A stretch of DNA of 64,000 nucleotides from an uncultured Gemmatimonadales bacterium (GTDB lineage: Bacteria; Gemmatimonadota; Gemmatimonadetes; Gemmatimonadales; GWC2-71-9), in assembly GCA_963695555.1 (NCBI GenBank), contig CAVOGR010000002.1, positions 256,001-320,000 on the forward strand, read 5' to 3'. Below the pieces are notes generated by a model. It saw only the letters and a list, made by a program, of their open reading frames with translations, had not been told where the DNA came from and did not search any database. This document shows positions 19,697-30,090 of the stretch, one piece after another. Position numbers and translations under genes: made by a program. Within the stretch, counting starts at the first letter, position 1. The number at the start of each line of letters is the position of its first letter.

Positions 19697-21335
19697 TAAG
19701 GCCTCACCTGCACGACGGGCCACCCTCACGAGCCTCACCGTCCGGGCAGTCGATCTTCTCGTGATCGGAGGCGGAATAACGGGAGCAGGTATCGCCCGCG
19801 ATGCGGCCATGCGCGGCCTCAAGACCATCCTGGTCGAGCAGGGCGACCTTGGTTCTGGTACGAGTTCCCTGTCGAGCCGATTGATTCACGGCGGCCTCCG
19901 CTACCTGGAACACGGTCATCTTCGGCTCGTCCTCGAGGCAAGCAAGGAGCGGCGAGTCTTGCTCCACCTCGCCCCGCACTTGGTCCATCCGCTTCCGTTT
20001 GTCTTTCCGGTGCACCGAAGTGACCGGGTACCGCTGTGGAAGCTCATCGCCGGAATGTGGCTCTACGACCTGCTTGCGATGTTTCGGAATGTGCGGCGAC
20101 ACCGCCCCCTGAGCAAGCGCGGTGTGCTCGAAGCGGAACCGATGCTTCGCGAACGGGGCCTCGTCGGTGGCGCCCTCTACTACGACGCCCAATGCGACGA
20201 CGCACGGTTGACCCTCGCCACGGCGCGGTCGGCCATGGTGCACGGCGCCCTAGTCGCCACCTACATGCCGGTTACCGCCTTGGTGTTGGCCGACGGGACC
20301 GTGCGGGGCGTCCATGTCCGAGATGCGCTCACGGGACAGGAGGCCGTGCTCCACGCCAGCATCGTCGTCAACGCGACCGGGCCCTGGAGTGACCGGATTC
20401 GACGGATGGAGGACCCGTCGGCGCCCGCCCTATTGTGCCCCACCAAGGGGGCCCACGTCATGGTTCCCAGAAGCCGGGTCGGGAACCACCACGCCGTAAC
20501 CATCACCAGCCCGATCGACGGCCGGGTCATGTTCGTCCTCCCGTGGGGGGACCTCGCCTACATCGGGACCACCGACACCGATTCGGGCGAATCACCGGAG
20601 AGCGCCCATGCCACATCGGACGACGTCATCTATCTCCTCCGATCGGCCAATGCCTACTTCCCCAATGCCAGGCTTACCGAGGCCGACGTGGTGGCGTCTT
20701 GGGCCGGGCTCCGGCCGATGCTGGTGGCACCGCAGGGGGTCGCGGCCTCTGAACGGTCACGCGAACACCAGATCCATGTCGGGATCGGGGGAATGCTATC
20801 GATTGTCGGCGGGAAGCTGACCACCTACCGAATCATGGCGAGGGATGTCGTGAACCAGGCGGTTCGCCGGTTGCACGAGCTGGATGGCACCCGTTATCCG
20901 GTTCGCGCCGAGACCGACAAGGAGCCGCTCCCAGGAGGCGAGGCACAAGATCTTCAACCATTTCAACAGGCTCCGCGCGACTTGGGAGTGCCACTGGACA
21001 CAGTCGAACACTTGTTGAGGCACTACGGCACGGAGACCGCGGCCATCTGCAACCTGATTCGAGACGACCGGACCTTGCTCACACGCCTGCATCAAGACCA
21101 TCCGGCGATCGAGGCCGAAGTGGTACACTCCACCCGGAGAGAGCTGCCCCAGCACGTCGACGATTTCTTGATCCGCCGCATCCATCTCTACTATGAGGTC
21201 CGCGACCGCGGCGCCCCGGCCGCTGCGCGCGTAGCCGCCCTCATGGGGGCGGAGCTCGGCTGGGCTCCAGACCGGATCGCCGAGGAGGCCAAGCGTTATA
21301 CCGACTTGGTAGCCCAGAGTGCTCCCCATGACTGA
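19689..21335 (+). CDS. glpD: FAD-dependent glycerol-3-phosphate dehydrogenase
   Basis: IGGGITG, GTSSLSSRLIHGGLRYLE, NATGPW, GTTD, AGLRP, GGKLTTYR. Confidence 0.93.
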   Translation: MDTKASPARRATLTSLTVRAVDLLVIGGGITGAGIARDAAMRGLKTILVEQGDLGSGTSSLSSRLIHGGLRYLEHGHLRLVLEASKERRVLLHLAPHLVHPLPFVFPVHRSDRVPLWKLIAGMWLYDLLAMFRNVRRHRPLSKRGVLEAEPMLRERGLVGGALYYDAQCDDARLTLATARSAMVHGALVATYMPVTALVLADGTVRGVHVRDALTGQEAVLHASIVVNATGPWSDRIRRMEDPSAPALLCPTKGAHVMVPRSRVGNHHAVTITSPIDGRVMFVLPWGDLAYIGTTDTDSGESPESAHATSDDVIYLLRSANAYFPNARLTEADVVASWAGLRPMLVAPQGVAASERSREHQIHVGIGGMLSIVGGKLTTYRIMARDVVNQAVRRLHELDGTRYPVRAETDKEPLPGGEAQDLQPFQQAPRDLGVPLDTVEHLLRHYGTETAAICNLIRDDRTLLTRLHQDHPAIEAEVVHSTRRELPQHVDDFLIRRIHLYYEVRDRGAPAAARVAALMGAELGWAPDRIAEEAKRYTDLVAQSAPHD

Positions 21336-21455
21336 GGCTGACTGGGCCGACTTTCTGTCGTAGTCTCTTTGCCGCAGGTTATCTTACGACCCTTCGACCA
21401 GCGTGAAGTCCCTCGCTCGTCCGGCGCGGCCGCGAGCGACCGTAGGAGCAAAGCT

Positions 21456-24400
21456 TTGGATCCAAATCCATTCGAGACGGCAAACGCCGGGTTCGCCCAG
21501 GCGCTGTACGAGGAGTTCCTGCGCGACCCAGAGTCCGTGGGTCCCGCGTGGCGGAAGCTGTTTGAGAGCGGGGTCGTCGGCATGCCGCCGAGCGGACCCA
21601 ACGGCGCAGAGACCCGCCCGGCAGAGCCTCTACCGGCGCCAGCCAGCGAGTCCCTGCCCCCCGGCGCCGAGCCCATCACGGGTCCTGCCGCTCGGCTCGT
21701 TCTGAACATGGCCGAGAGTCTCACCGTGCCTACGGCAACGAGCTTTCGCGACGTGCCGGTGTCCGTGCTCGAGCGCCGCCGAAAGGAACTCAACGAGGCA
21801 CGTTCTGCCGCGGGGCAGGCCGACAAGATCTCCTACACACACCTCATCGGCTATGCGCTGATGGTGGCGGCTCGATCGCACCGCGGCATGGCGCACTCGC
21901 TCCGCATGATCGATGGGGTGCCCCATCGAATCGTCCCACCGGAGATCAGCCTGGGGCTCGCGGTCGACATCCAACGCAAGGATGGGAGTCGGGGGCTGGT
22001 CGTGCCGGTCATTCGTGGCGCGAGCGGCATGGGCTTCGCCGAGTTCTATGCGGCGTACGAGGCAGTGGTCGCCAAGGCCCGCAGCCACAGACTCATGCCG
22101 GATGACTTTGTCGGCGCCACAATGACACTGACCAATCCGGGCGGGCTGGGCACGGTCGCTTCCGTACCCCGCCTGATGGCTGGGCAGGGCACCATTGTGG
22201 CCGTCGGATCCATTGGCGTCCCAGCTGCGTTCGCGGACAGCCACCCTGGCCAGGTCCAAGCCTTCGGCGTCAACAAGGTGATGACCCTGACCAGCACTTA
22301 TGATCACCGCGTGATCCAGGGCGCCGAGTCGGGAGAGTTTCTGGGCGCGGTGGACGGACTGCTGCAAGGGAACGACGGATTCTATGACCAGGTGGCGGCT
22401 GATCTCGGATTGACGATCGGCCCGTCCCCACGGGGCGGTGTGCCCCTCGAGTCGGTCCCTATCTCCATGCCAGCGGTGGTGGGAACGCGACCCCGCGAGG
22501 CAGCACCGGACGATTTGACGCACGTTGCCGCGGCAATACGTTTGGTCGAAGCACTGCGGACCTTCGGGCACCTGGCCGCCCGCCTCGATCCGTTGGGAGC
22601 CAAACCCATCGGCGACCCCTCACTCGATCCCGTATCGGTCGGGCTGACGCCCGAGATCATGGCCGCGATCCCGGCCCAGGTCCTCCGCATTGCCGTCCCG
22701 GGCGAGACGCTAGCCGAAGCGTTACCCCATCTCGAAACGACATACTGCGGAACGATCGCGTACGAGATCGAGCACATCGACAATCACGACGAGCGGGTAT
22801 GGCTACGTCGTGTTATCGAATCGGGAATGTACCGCGCCCATCTCACGCCCGAGGAACAGCACCGCCTCCTGACCAGGCTGACCGAGGTCGAGACGTTAGA
22901 GCAATTCCTTCACAAGGCCTACCTCGGACACAAGCGCTTCTCGATCGAAGGCGTGGATGCGGTGGTCCCAATGTTGGACCTGGCCATCGAGAGCGCCGCC
23001 GAGGGTGGCGCTCGCGAGGTCGTCGTCGGCATGGCGCACCGAGGCCGGTTGAATGTCCTCGCCCATACGGTGGGCCGACCGTACGAGACCATCTTCGCCG
23101 AGTTCGAGGGAGGTAGGCACGTCGAAGCCGGCCGACTCACCCCTGAAGGCGGGACAGGCGACGTCAAGTATCACCATGGCGCGGAGGGCGCCTATCAGAC
23201 TGCCAGCGGACGGGCTGTCACCATTACGCTGTCCCCGAATCCCAGCCATCTCGAATACGTCAACCCGGTTGTCTGCGGTTGGGCTCGCGCGGAGCAGACC
23301 CAGCGACAGCGACAAATTGCCTCGCACGATCCGACCACCGCGCTTCCCATCCTCATCCATGGGGACGCGGCATTTGCTGGGGAGGGCATCGTAGCAGAGA
23401 CGCTCAACCTCAGCGCGCTGCGTGGCTACGGTACCGGCGGCACTCTTCACATCATTACCAACAACCAGATCGGTTTCACAACCGACATGCAGGATGCGCG
23501 CTCCACGTATTACGCGAGCGACCTCGCTAAGGGCTTCGATCTTCCGATCATCCACGTGAACGCCGACGATCCGGAGGCATGTCTGGATGCGGTACGACTG
23601 GCCATGGCGTACCGGAGCCGGTTTCACAAGGATGTCCTGATCGATCTCGTCGGGTACCGGCGTCATGGGCATAACGAAGGAGACGAACCTGCATATACGC
23701 AGCCGCTCATGACAGCGCGCATCAAGGAACTCCCGACGGTGCGCGAACGCTACGCCGACCGTCTCGCGGCCGCCGGGTCGATCGAGGGCGAGACCGCAGA
23801 GCGCGAGCGCGAAGCACAGTACCAGCGGCTGGTCGAGACCCACACCGCGTTCAAGTCATCCAGCCCGAAGACACCGCACATGGACGAGCCGGAGCGCGCC
23901 GGGACGCCGAGTGGGTTCGTGACCAGTGCGGTGCCGGCCGAGTTGTTATTGGCGTTGAATGACCAGCTGTTGCGCTGGCCCGAGGGGTTCACGGTCCATC
24001 CCAAGCTGGCGAAGCAGCTCGAGCGGCGCCGAGGGGCGCTTGGCGAAGAGCCCGCGATCGAATGGGCCCACGCCGAAGCGTTGGCGTTCGCGTCCCTCCT
24101 CTCGGAGGGAGTCCCCGTGCGTCTCACCGGACAAGACACGGAGCGCGGCACGTTCAGTCAACGGCATCTGGTGCACCATGACATCGTGACCGGCGAACGA
24201 TACGCTCCGATTCAGCACCTGCCCGGCGCACAGGCATCCATGGAGGTGTACAATAGTCCTCTCTCGGAAATGGGAGCCTTGGGTTTCGAATACGGATACG
24301 CTGCCGCGGCGCCGGACACCATGGTGCTGTGGGAGGCGCAGTTCGGCGATTTCATCAATAGCGCGCAAGTCATCGTCGATCAGTTCATTACGTCGAGCCT

Positions 24401-25091
24401 GTCCAAGTGGGGAGTTACGTCCCGCCTCACCTTGCTCTTGCCGCACGGCTATGAGGGCCAGGGCCCTGAGCACTCGAGCGCGCGCCTCGAGCGGTTTCTC
24501 GATCTTGCGGCAGAGCGGAATATCCGCTTAGCCAACTGCACCACACCGGGGCAGTACTTCCACCTTCTCCGACTCCAGGCATTGCGGCAGCGGGGCCTGC
24601 CATTGGTCATCATGACCCCGAAAAGTCTCCTCCGTTTGCCGCAGGCCCTCTCCCGACTCGAAGAGCTGTCGACCGGACGGTTCACCCGGGTGATGGACAA
24701 CACGGCACTGACCCCGAATCCGGATGCGGTTCGCCGAATTCTCCTCTGTTCGGGGAAGATCTACTACGACCTCATGGAGCAGGTGGGCAACCCGGGACCA
24801 GACGTGCCTGCCATCATCCGCCTGGAGCAACTCTACCCATTCCCCACGGACGAGCTGGTGCCGGTGCTCGCACGATACCCCGCGGCCACCGAGTTGGTGT
24901 GGGTCCAGGAGGAGCCGCGAAACATGGGCGCGTGGCGGTTTGTCCACGAGCAGATGCACAAACTCCTCCCGGACCAACCCGAGGTCCGCTATGTCGGTCG
25001 GCCCGAGCGGGCCAGCCCGGCCGAAGGCTATCCGGCACTTCACCAGCAAGAGCAACAGCACGTCATTGCCCACGCTTTAGGGCTTTCCTAA
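21456..25091 (+). CDS. kgd: Multifunctional 2-oxoglutarate dehydrogenase E1 with fused succinyltransferase domain (Kgd/OdhA type)
   Basis: AGGAG + TTG start; E2-like TLTNPG...TYDHRVIQGAESG; E1 motifs GMAHRGRLN, HGDAAF...NNQIG, GHNEGD, WEAQFGDF, PHGYEGQGPEHSS. Confidence 0.93.
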   Translation: MDPNPFETANAGFAQALYEEFLRDPESVGPAWRKLFESGVVGMPPSGPNGAETRPAEPLPAPASESLPPGAEPITGPAARLVLNMAESLTVPTATSFRDVPVSVLERRRKELNEARSAAGQADKISYTHLIGYALMVAARSHRGMAHSLRMIDGVPHRIVPPEISLGLAVDIQRKDGSRGLVVPVIRGASGMGFAEFYAAYEAVVAKARSHRLMPDDFVGATMTLTNPGGLGTVASVPRLMAGQGTIVAVGSIGVPAAFADSHPGQVQAFGVNKVMTLTSTYDHRVIQGAESGEFLGAVDGLLQGNDGFYDQVAADLGLTIGPSPRGGVPLESVPISMPAVVGTRPREAAPDDLTHVAAAIRLVEALRTFGHLAARLDPLGAKPIGDPSLDPVSVGLTPEIMAAIPAQVLRIAVPGETLAEALPHLETTYCGTIAYEIEHIDNHDERVWLRRVIESGMYRAHLTPEEQHRLLTRLTEVETLEQFLHKAYLGHKRFSIEGVDAVVPMLDLAIESAAEGGAREVVVGMAHRGRLNVLAHTVGRPYETIFAEFEGGRHVEAGRLTPEGGTGDVKYHHGAEGAYQTASGRAVTITLSPNPSHLEYVNPVVCGWARAEQTQRQRQIASHDPTTALPILIHGDAAFAGEGIVAETLNLSALRGYGTGGTLHIITNNQIGFTTDMQDARSTYYASDLAKGFDLPIIHVNADDPEACLDAVRLAMAYRSRFHKDVLIDLVGYRRHGHNEGDEPAYTQPLMTARIKELPTVRERYADRLAAAGSIEGETAEREREAQYQRLVETHTAFKSSSPKTPHMDEPERAGTPSGFVTSAVPAELLLALNDQLLRWPEGFTVHPKLAKQLERRRGALGEEPAIEWAHAEALAFASLLSEGVPVRLTGQDTERGTFSQRHLVHHDIVTGERYAPIQHLPGAQASMEVYNSPLSEMGALGFEYGYAAAAPDTMVLWEAQFGDFINSAQVIVDQFITSSLSKWGVTSRLTLLLPHGYEGQGPEHSSARLERFLDLAAERNIRLANCTTPGQYFHLLRLQALRQRGLPLVIMTPKSLLRLPQALSRLEELSTGRFTRVMDNTALTPNPDAVRRILLCSGKIYYDLMEQVGNPGPDVPAIIRLEQLYPFPTDELVPVLARYPAATELVWVQEEPRNMGAWRFVHEQMHKLLPDQPEVRYVGRPERASPAEGYPALHQQEQQHVIAHALGLS

Positions 25092-25137
25092 TCGGCTAAC
25101 CTTCACCGCCTCGTTCCGATGCGCGGTCCTTGACCCG

Positions 25138-26118
25138 ATGCGAATCTGCCTTGTCATCGACGCGGAACTGCCAGCTCGGCGCTACGGCGGAACCGAGCGG
25201 GTCGTGGTCACGCTGGGCCGTGCCCTCCGCGAACTCGGCCACGGTGTCACCTATCTTGCCCGGCCCCGCTCGCGCATCGATTTCGCCGACGTCCAGCCCC
25301 TCGACCGGGGGCGTCCGCTCGAAGCCCAGATCCCCGGAGGGACGGACATCGTCCACCTGCACACCGCTCTCCCACTACCAGAGGGCGTCCCCGCCTGCCG
25401 GACCATTCATGGCAACACCCGCGAGGCCACGGTATTTCCCCCCAATACCATCTTCGTCTCACACAGCCACGCCCGGAACCACGGCGCGACCGCATTCGTC
25501 CACAACGGGATCGATGCCCGCGACTACGGACCCGTCGAATTTACCGCGCCGCGCGACGCATTCGTCTTCCTCGCCAAGGCCGCGTGGCACGTAAAGAACG
25601 TGCGGGGGGCGATCCGCGTCGCCCGTCTCGCGGGAGCGCCGATCGACATCCTCGGCGGCCACCGGCTCAATTTCTCCATGGGGTTCCGGCTCACACTCAG
25701 TCCGAGCGCTCGTTTCCACGGCATGGTCGACGATGCGGCGAAGACCCCGGTCCTGCGCCGCGCGCGCGGCCTCATCTTTCCGGTCCTGTGGCCGGAGCCC
25801 TTCGGCCTCGCGGTGATCGAGAGCCTCTACTTCGGTGTTCCCGTCTTCGCGACGCCCTATGGATCGCTGCCCGAGCTTGTCCCCGCCGAGGCGGGCTGCC
25901 TATCCAGCGAGGCCGCTCGTCTCGCGGAGGCGGCGCGTGACTGGGAGAGCTACGACCGGCGAGCGATCCACGCCTGGTGGGCGCAGCACTTCACCGCCGA
26001 GGCTATGGCGCGCCGCTACCTCGAGTACTACACCTCGATCCTCGACGGCGAGGACCTCCATCCGGGGCCGATCTCAGCGCCCCTCGTTCGCAAGCCCGGA
26101 CTCCTCCCATGGAGCTGA
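25138..26118 (+). CDS. Glycosyltransferase family 4 (GT-B)
   Basis: YGGTERVV, VHNGID, EPFGLAVIE. Confidence 0.9.
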   Translation: MRICLVIDAELPARRYGGTERVVVTLGRALRELGHGVTYLARPRSRIDFADVQPLDRGRPLEAQIPGGTDIVHLHTALPLPEGVPACRTIHGNTREATVFPPNTIFVSHSHARNHGATAFVHNGIDARDYGPVEFTAPRDAFVFLAKAAWHVKNVRGAIRVARLAGAPIDILGGHRLNFSMGFRLTLSPSARFHGMVDDAAKTPVLRRARGLIFPVLWPEPFGLAVIESLYFGVPVFATPYGSLPELVPAEAGCLSSEAARLAEAARDWESYDRRAIHAWWAQHFTAEAMARRYLEYYTSILDGEDLHPGPISAPLVRKPGLLPWS

Positions 26119-26245
26119 ATGCGCCACCAACCTCGGGGTCGCGGAGGCGCTCGCCGCGGCCAGCTTGCTGAGGCTCGAGGTGGACGAGGGTCTAGTCCCT
26201 GGCTTAGGGGACGTGTTTGTGAAGGAAGTTTCGGTTGGGGGGAGA

Positions 26246-26274
26246 GAAGGGCGCGCTTGGGCGGCGCGCCCTTC
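26246..26274 (-). terminator. Hairpin just downstream of the HNH gene
   Basis: GAAGGGCGCGC-TTGGGCG-GCGCGCCCTTC, 11-bp perfect stem. Confidence 0.55.
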
Positions 26275-26280
26275 GGCTAG

Positions 26281-26700
26281 TTACGCGCTCTTGGACGGCG
26301 ACATGGGCCGCTCAGAGGCCTTGCGCGCCAGGTCCAGCAGCGGCTCCGACAGGTGCTCGCCGTAGTGAGCGAGAAACACGCCGCGGGAGCGCTTGGCCAA
26401 GAGAAAGGCGAGCAAGGGTTTGTCCGCCTTTTCCGCGTTGCAGGTCCGGCACGCCAGGACCAGGTTGTCGGGTCTGTCATAGGCCGACTTGCCCCGGCGT
26501 GGCGTGACGTGATCGAGAGTGATCGAGTGCTCCTGCGACTCCGCGCCGCAGTAGGCGCAGACTGGTCCATGCTGCTCGAGCAGCCACTCGCGATGAGCCT
26601 GGGGAGAACGTCCGCTTGACCGACGAAGTGAGGTGCGGGAAACCGATGCGGAAGGCGAGGATGAGCGGGGTGATCTGTGAATTCGTCTTCGTGTTGCCAC
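26281..26700 (-). CDS. Stand-alone HNH endonuclease
   Basis: CAYCG...TLDHVTP...NLVLACRTCNAEK. Confidence 0.88.
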   Translation of the reverse strand: MATRRRIHRSPRSSSPSASVSRTSLRRSSGRSPQAHREWLLEQHGPVCAYCGAESQEHSITLDHVTPRRGKSAYDRPDNLVLACRTCNAEKADKPLLAFLLAKRSRGVFLAHYGEHLSEPLLDLARKASERPMSPSKSA

Positions 26701-26923
26701 AAATATCCAAACAAAAGAGGTGTACTCAGGGGCCCGGACTCTCCGGACCCACGGGAACTCGACATGAGCTCATATCAAGAATAATGCCAGAAACCCCAAG
26801 CCGCCACCTTCCGGGCTGCTGCCCCGGCGCTCGAGGGCCGGGTGGCCCTGACCCCGCCCGAGGTTATTTTCTCCAGACCTTGCCGATCCCGGCTATGCGC
26901 TCCCTCGCACAAGGAGTCCCATC

Positions 26924-28987
26924 CTGACGCTCGAGGCCGCCCGCGCCCAAGAGGGCACCGCCATTTTCCCCGCCATCGACGATCCGCAGGCCTGGACCAG
27001 TATCAACACGATTCGCGCCCTCGCCATGGATGCGATCGAACAGGCCAAGAGCGGCCACCCAGGGGCACCCTTGGGGCTTGCCCCGGCGGCCTACGTGCTC
27101 TGGCAACGTCATCTCCGTCACAGCCCGCACCATCCGGACTGGGTCAACCGCGATCGCTTCGTCTTGTCGTGCGGGCACGCATCGATGTTGCTCTACAGCT
27201 TGCTGCACCTCACCGGCTACGACCTTCCGCTGGATGAGCTTCGCCGGTTTCGGCAATGGGGCTCCCACACCCCGGGCCATCCCGAGCGCGGGGTCACCCC
27301 CGGCGTCGAGGTGACCACCGGGCCTTTGGGCCAAGGGGTCGGCAACGCCGTGGGAATGGCCATCGCGGAGCGAGTCCTTGCGGGCGAATTCAACCAGCCG
27401 GGATTCCCGGTGATCGATCACCGGGTCTTTGGCTTCGTGAGTGACGGCGACCTCATGGAAGGCGTCGCGAGCGAGGCCGCCTCCTTGGCCGGTCATCTCA
27501 AGCTTGGCAAGCTGACCCTCATCTACGACAACAACCACATCACCATCGACGGATCCACTGCCCTGGCCTTCACGGAGGACGTCGGGCGCCGGTTCGAGGC
27601 TTATGGCTGGCAAGTGCGACGAGTGGACAACGGCAACGATCTGGCTGCAATCGACCGCGCGCTGGCAGCTGCCACCGCGTCGGTCGACGCTGGTCCCAAT
27701 TTGATCATCCTCCGGACAGAGATCGGCGATCCCGCGCCGACCAAGAAGGGGACCGCCGCCGCCCACGGTGCCCCGCTCGGAGCCGAGGAAGTCCGGCGCA
27801 CCAAGCAGATCATGGGATTTCCGACCGAACCAGCGTTCTATGTTCCGCCCGAGACGTATGACGATATGCGCCGCGCCGAGGCGCGTGGGGATGGGTGGGT
27901 GGAACGATGGACCACGCTGTACGACGACTATCGCGTGGCCCACCCCTCGTTGGGCCGGGAACTCGAGCGCCGCCTCGCCGGGCGGTTGCCGGAGGGGTGG
28001 GCAGGCCACTTGCCGAGCTTCGCGGCGTCCGATGCAAGGCTGGCCACGCGCCAGGCATCGGCCACCACCCTCAAGGCACTCTCCTCCGTGCTACCGGAGC
28101 TCATCGGTGGTTCGGCGGACTTGAGCGAGAGCACCGGCACGGTGTTGCCGGAACTCGGCGTGTTTGGCCCCGACCAGCCGGGGCGCAATTTTCATTGGGG
28201 AATCCGGGAACACGGCATGATGGCGTGCTTGAACGGAATGGCCGCACACGGCGGAGTGCGGCCCTATGGCAGCACGTTTCTGATCTTCGCCGACTATCTC
28301 AAGCCGGCGCTCCGTTTGGCGGCATTGTCGCACTTGCCAGTGATTCTCGTGGCGACGCATGACTCGATCGGTTTGGGAGAGGACGGACCAACCCATCAAC
28401 CGGTGGAGCAGCTCGCCATGTTGCGCGCCATGCCGAACCTCGTGGTCATACGCCCTGCCGATGCCGCGGAAACCGTCGAGGCGTGGCGAACGGCTCTTGA
28501 GCATCGCGACGGGCCCGTGGTGCTGGCTCTTACGCGGCAGAAGCTCCCGGTGCTCGACCGCGCGCGCTACGGATCGGCCACCGGAACGCGCCGCGGCGCT
28601 TACGTGCTATTCGATCCACCGGAGCCATGTGTGGCCGTGCTGATCGCGACCGGCTCGGAGGTTGCCCTTGCGCTCGATGCCGCTGCACAGCTCCTGGACC
28701 AGGGCGTCCCCACCCGAGTCGTATCGATGCCGTCGTGGGAGTTGTTCGAGACCCAGCCGGCGGAGTACCGAAACGAGGTGCTTCCTGCCAATATCCGTGC
28801 GCGTGTCGCCATCGAAGCGGGCGCTTCGATGGGATGGGCACGATACACCACCGACGACGGCCTCACGATCGGGTTGGATCATTTTGGTGCCTCGGCACCT
28901 GCCACTGAATTGTTCGCCCAGTTCGGATTCACGGTTGAGCGCGCCGTGGAGGCCGTGAAGCACGTCTCAGGACGGAGATCGCGATGA
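26924..28987 (+). CDS. tkt: Transketolase (conserved N-terminus extends upstream of ATG 27026; possible CTG start)
   Basis: [57 protein letters not shown]. Confidence 0.95.
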   Translation: MTLEAARAQEGTAIFPAIDDPQAWTSINTIRALAMDAIEQAKSGHPGAPLGLAPAAYVLWQRHLRHSPHHPDWVNRDRFVLSCGHASMLLYSLLHLTGYDLPLDELRRFRQWGSHTPGHPERGVTPGVEVTTGPLGQGVGNAVGMAIAERVLAGEFNQPGFPVIDHRVFGFVSDGDLMEGVASEAASLAGHLKLGKLTLIYDNNHITIDGSTALAFTEDVGRRFEAYGWQVRRVDNGNDLAAIDRALAAATASVDAGPNLIILRTEIGDPAPTKKGTAAAHGAPLGAEEVRRTKQIMGFPTEPAFYVPPETYDDMRRAEARGDGWVERWTTLYDDYRVAHPSLGRELERRLAGRLPEGWAGHLPSFAASDARLATRQASATTLKALSSVLPELIGGSADLSESTGTVLPELGVFGPDQPGRNFHWGIREHGMMACLNGMAAHGGVRPYGSTFLIFADYLKPALRLAALSHLPVILVATHDSIGLGEDGPTHQPVEQLAMLRAMPNLVVIRPADAAETVEAWRTALEHRDGPVVLALTRQKLPVLDRARYGSATGTRRGAYVLFDPPEPCVAVLIATGSEVALALDAAAQLLDQGVPTRVVSMPSWELFETQPAEYRNEVLPANIRARVAIEAGASMGWARYTTDDGLTIGLDHFGASAPATELFAQFGFTVERAVEAVKHVSGRRSR

Positions 28988-30090
28988 CCAACCCGCTGGT
29001 GGACCTCGGCCGGCTCGGCCAGAGCATTTGGTACGATTACATCACGCGCGATCTCATGGCATCGGGCGCGCTCCGCCGTTTGATCGAGCACGACGCGCTC
29101 GCGGGCATGACCAGCAACCCCACCATCTTCGAACAGGCTATCAGCGGGAGCACGGATTACGACGCGGACATTCGTCGCTTAGCGACGAAGGGATACCGCG
29201 CCGACGCAATCTTCGATGCCCTTACCATCGCGGACGTCCAGGCCGCGTGCGACGCCTTCCGGCCGGTGTACGACACGACCGACGAGGTGGACGGCCTGGT
29301 CTCGATCGAAGTCTCCCCCTCGCTGGCCCACCAAACCGCGCCGACACTTGCCGAGGCCCGGCGACTCTGGGGTGCGGTCGATCGTCCCAATCTCATGATA
29401 AAGATCCCCGGCACCGCCCCCGGCCTGCCGGCAATCGAGCGAGCGATACGTGAAGGGATCAACGTCAATATCACATTGCTCTTTTCCGTGGACCGCCATC
29501 GTGAGGTCATCGACGCGTACATGCGCGGACTGGAGCAGCGTCTGGCCGACGGGCTTCCCCTCGACCGGGTCGCGTCGGTGGCCAGCTTCTTTGTCAGCCG
29601 GGTCGACAGCAAGATCGACCCATGGTTGGACGCGGCGGATGCCCCGCCGGAGGTTCGCAGCAAGGCCGCGATCGCCAACGCGTGCACCGCCTATGACGCG
29701 TTCGAACGCGCGTTTCGTGGCCCACGCTGGGAGCGTCTCGCCGGGGCGGGCGGGCGCGTCCAGCGGCCTCTGTGGGCCTCCACCAGCACCAAGGATCCGC
29801 AATTGCCGGATGTGTACTACGTCGAGGCTTTGATCGCACCGTACACGGTCAACACCCTCCCACCCGCCACCCTCGAGGCCTATCGCGATCACGGCCGCCC
29901 CGAGGTTCGGCTGCCAGCCGGATTAGCCGCGGCCCCGCACCAGCTCGCCGCGCTGGCGGAGCACGGTATCGATTTGGATCGGGCCACTCGCGAACTCGAA
30001 GATGAGGGCGTCCAGAAGTTTGCCGATTCTTATCTCAAGGCCATCGCCAGCATCGAGCAGAAGGCCACACTCCTCGTGAGCGCCCCATGA
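28984..30090 (+). CDS. tal: Transaldolase
   Basis: [19 protein letters not shown] Schiff-base Lys, [21 protein letters not shown]. Confidence 0.95.
   Translation: MTNPLVDLGRLGQSIWYDYITRDLMASGALRRLIEHDALAGMTSNPTIFEQAISGSTDYDADIRRLATKGYRADAIFDALTIADVQAACDAFRPVYDTTDEVDGLVSIEVSPSLAHQTAPTLAEARRLWGAVDRPNLMIKIPGTAPGLPAIERAIREGINVNITLLFSVDRHREVIDAYMRGLEQRLADGLPLDRVASVASFFVSRVDSKIDPWLDAADAPPEVRSKAAIANACTAYDAFERAFRGPRWERLAGAGGRVQRPLWASTSTKDPQLPDVYYVEALIAPYTVNTLPPATLEAYRDHGRPEVRLPAGLAAAPHQLAALAEHGIDLDRATRELEDEGVQKFADSYLKAIASIEQKATLLVSAP

Noticed and set aside
26281..26700. HNH protein as an IscB/Cas9-like or other RNA-guided nuclease
   Set aside because: Only 139 aa, with no RuvC motifs, no CRISPR repeats and no transposon ends nearby
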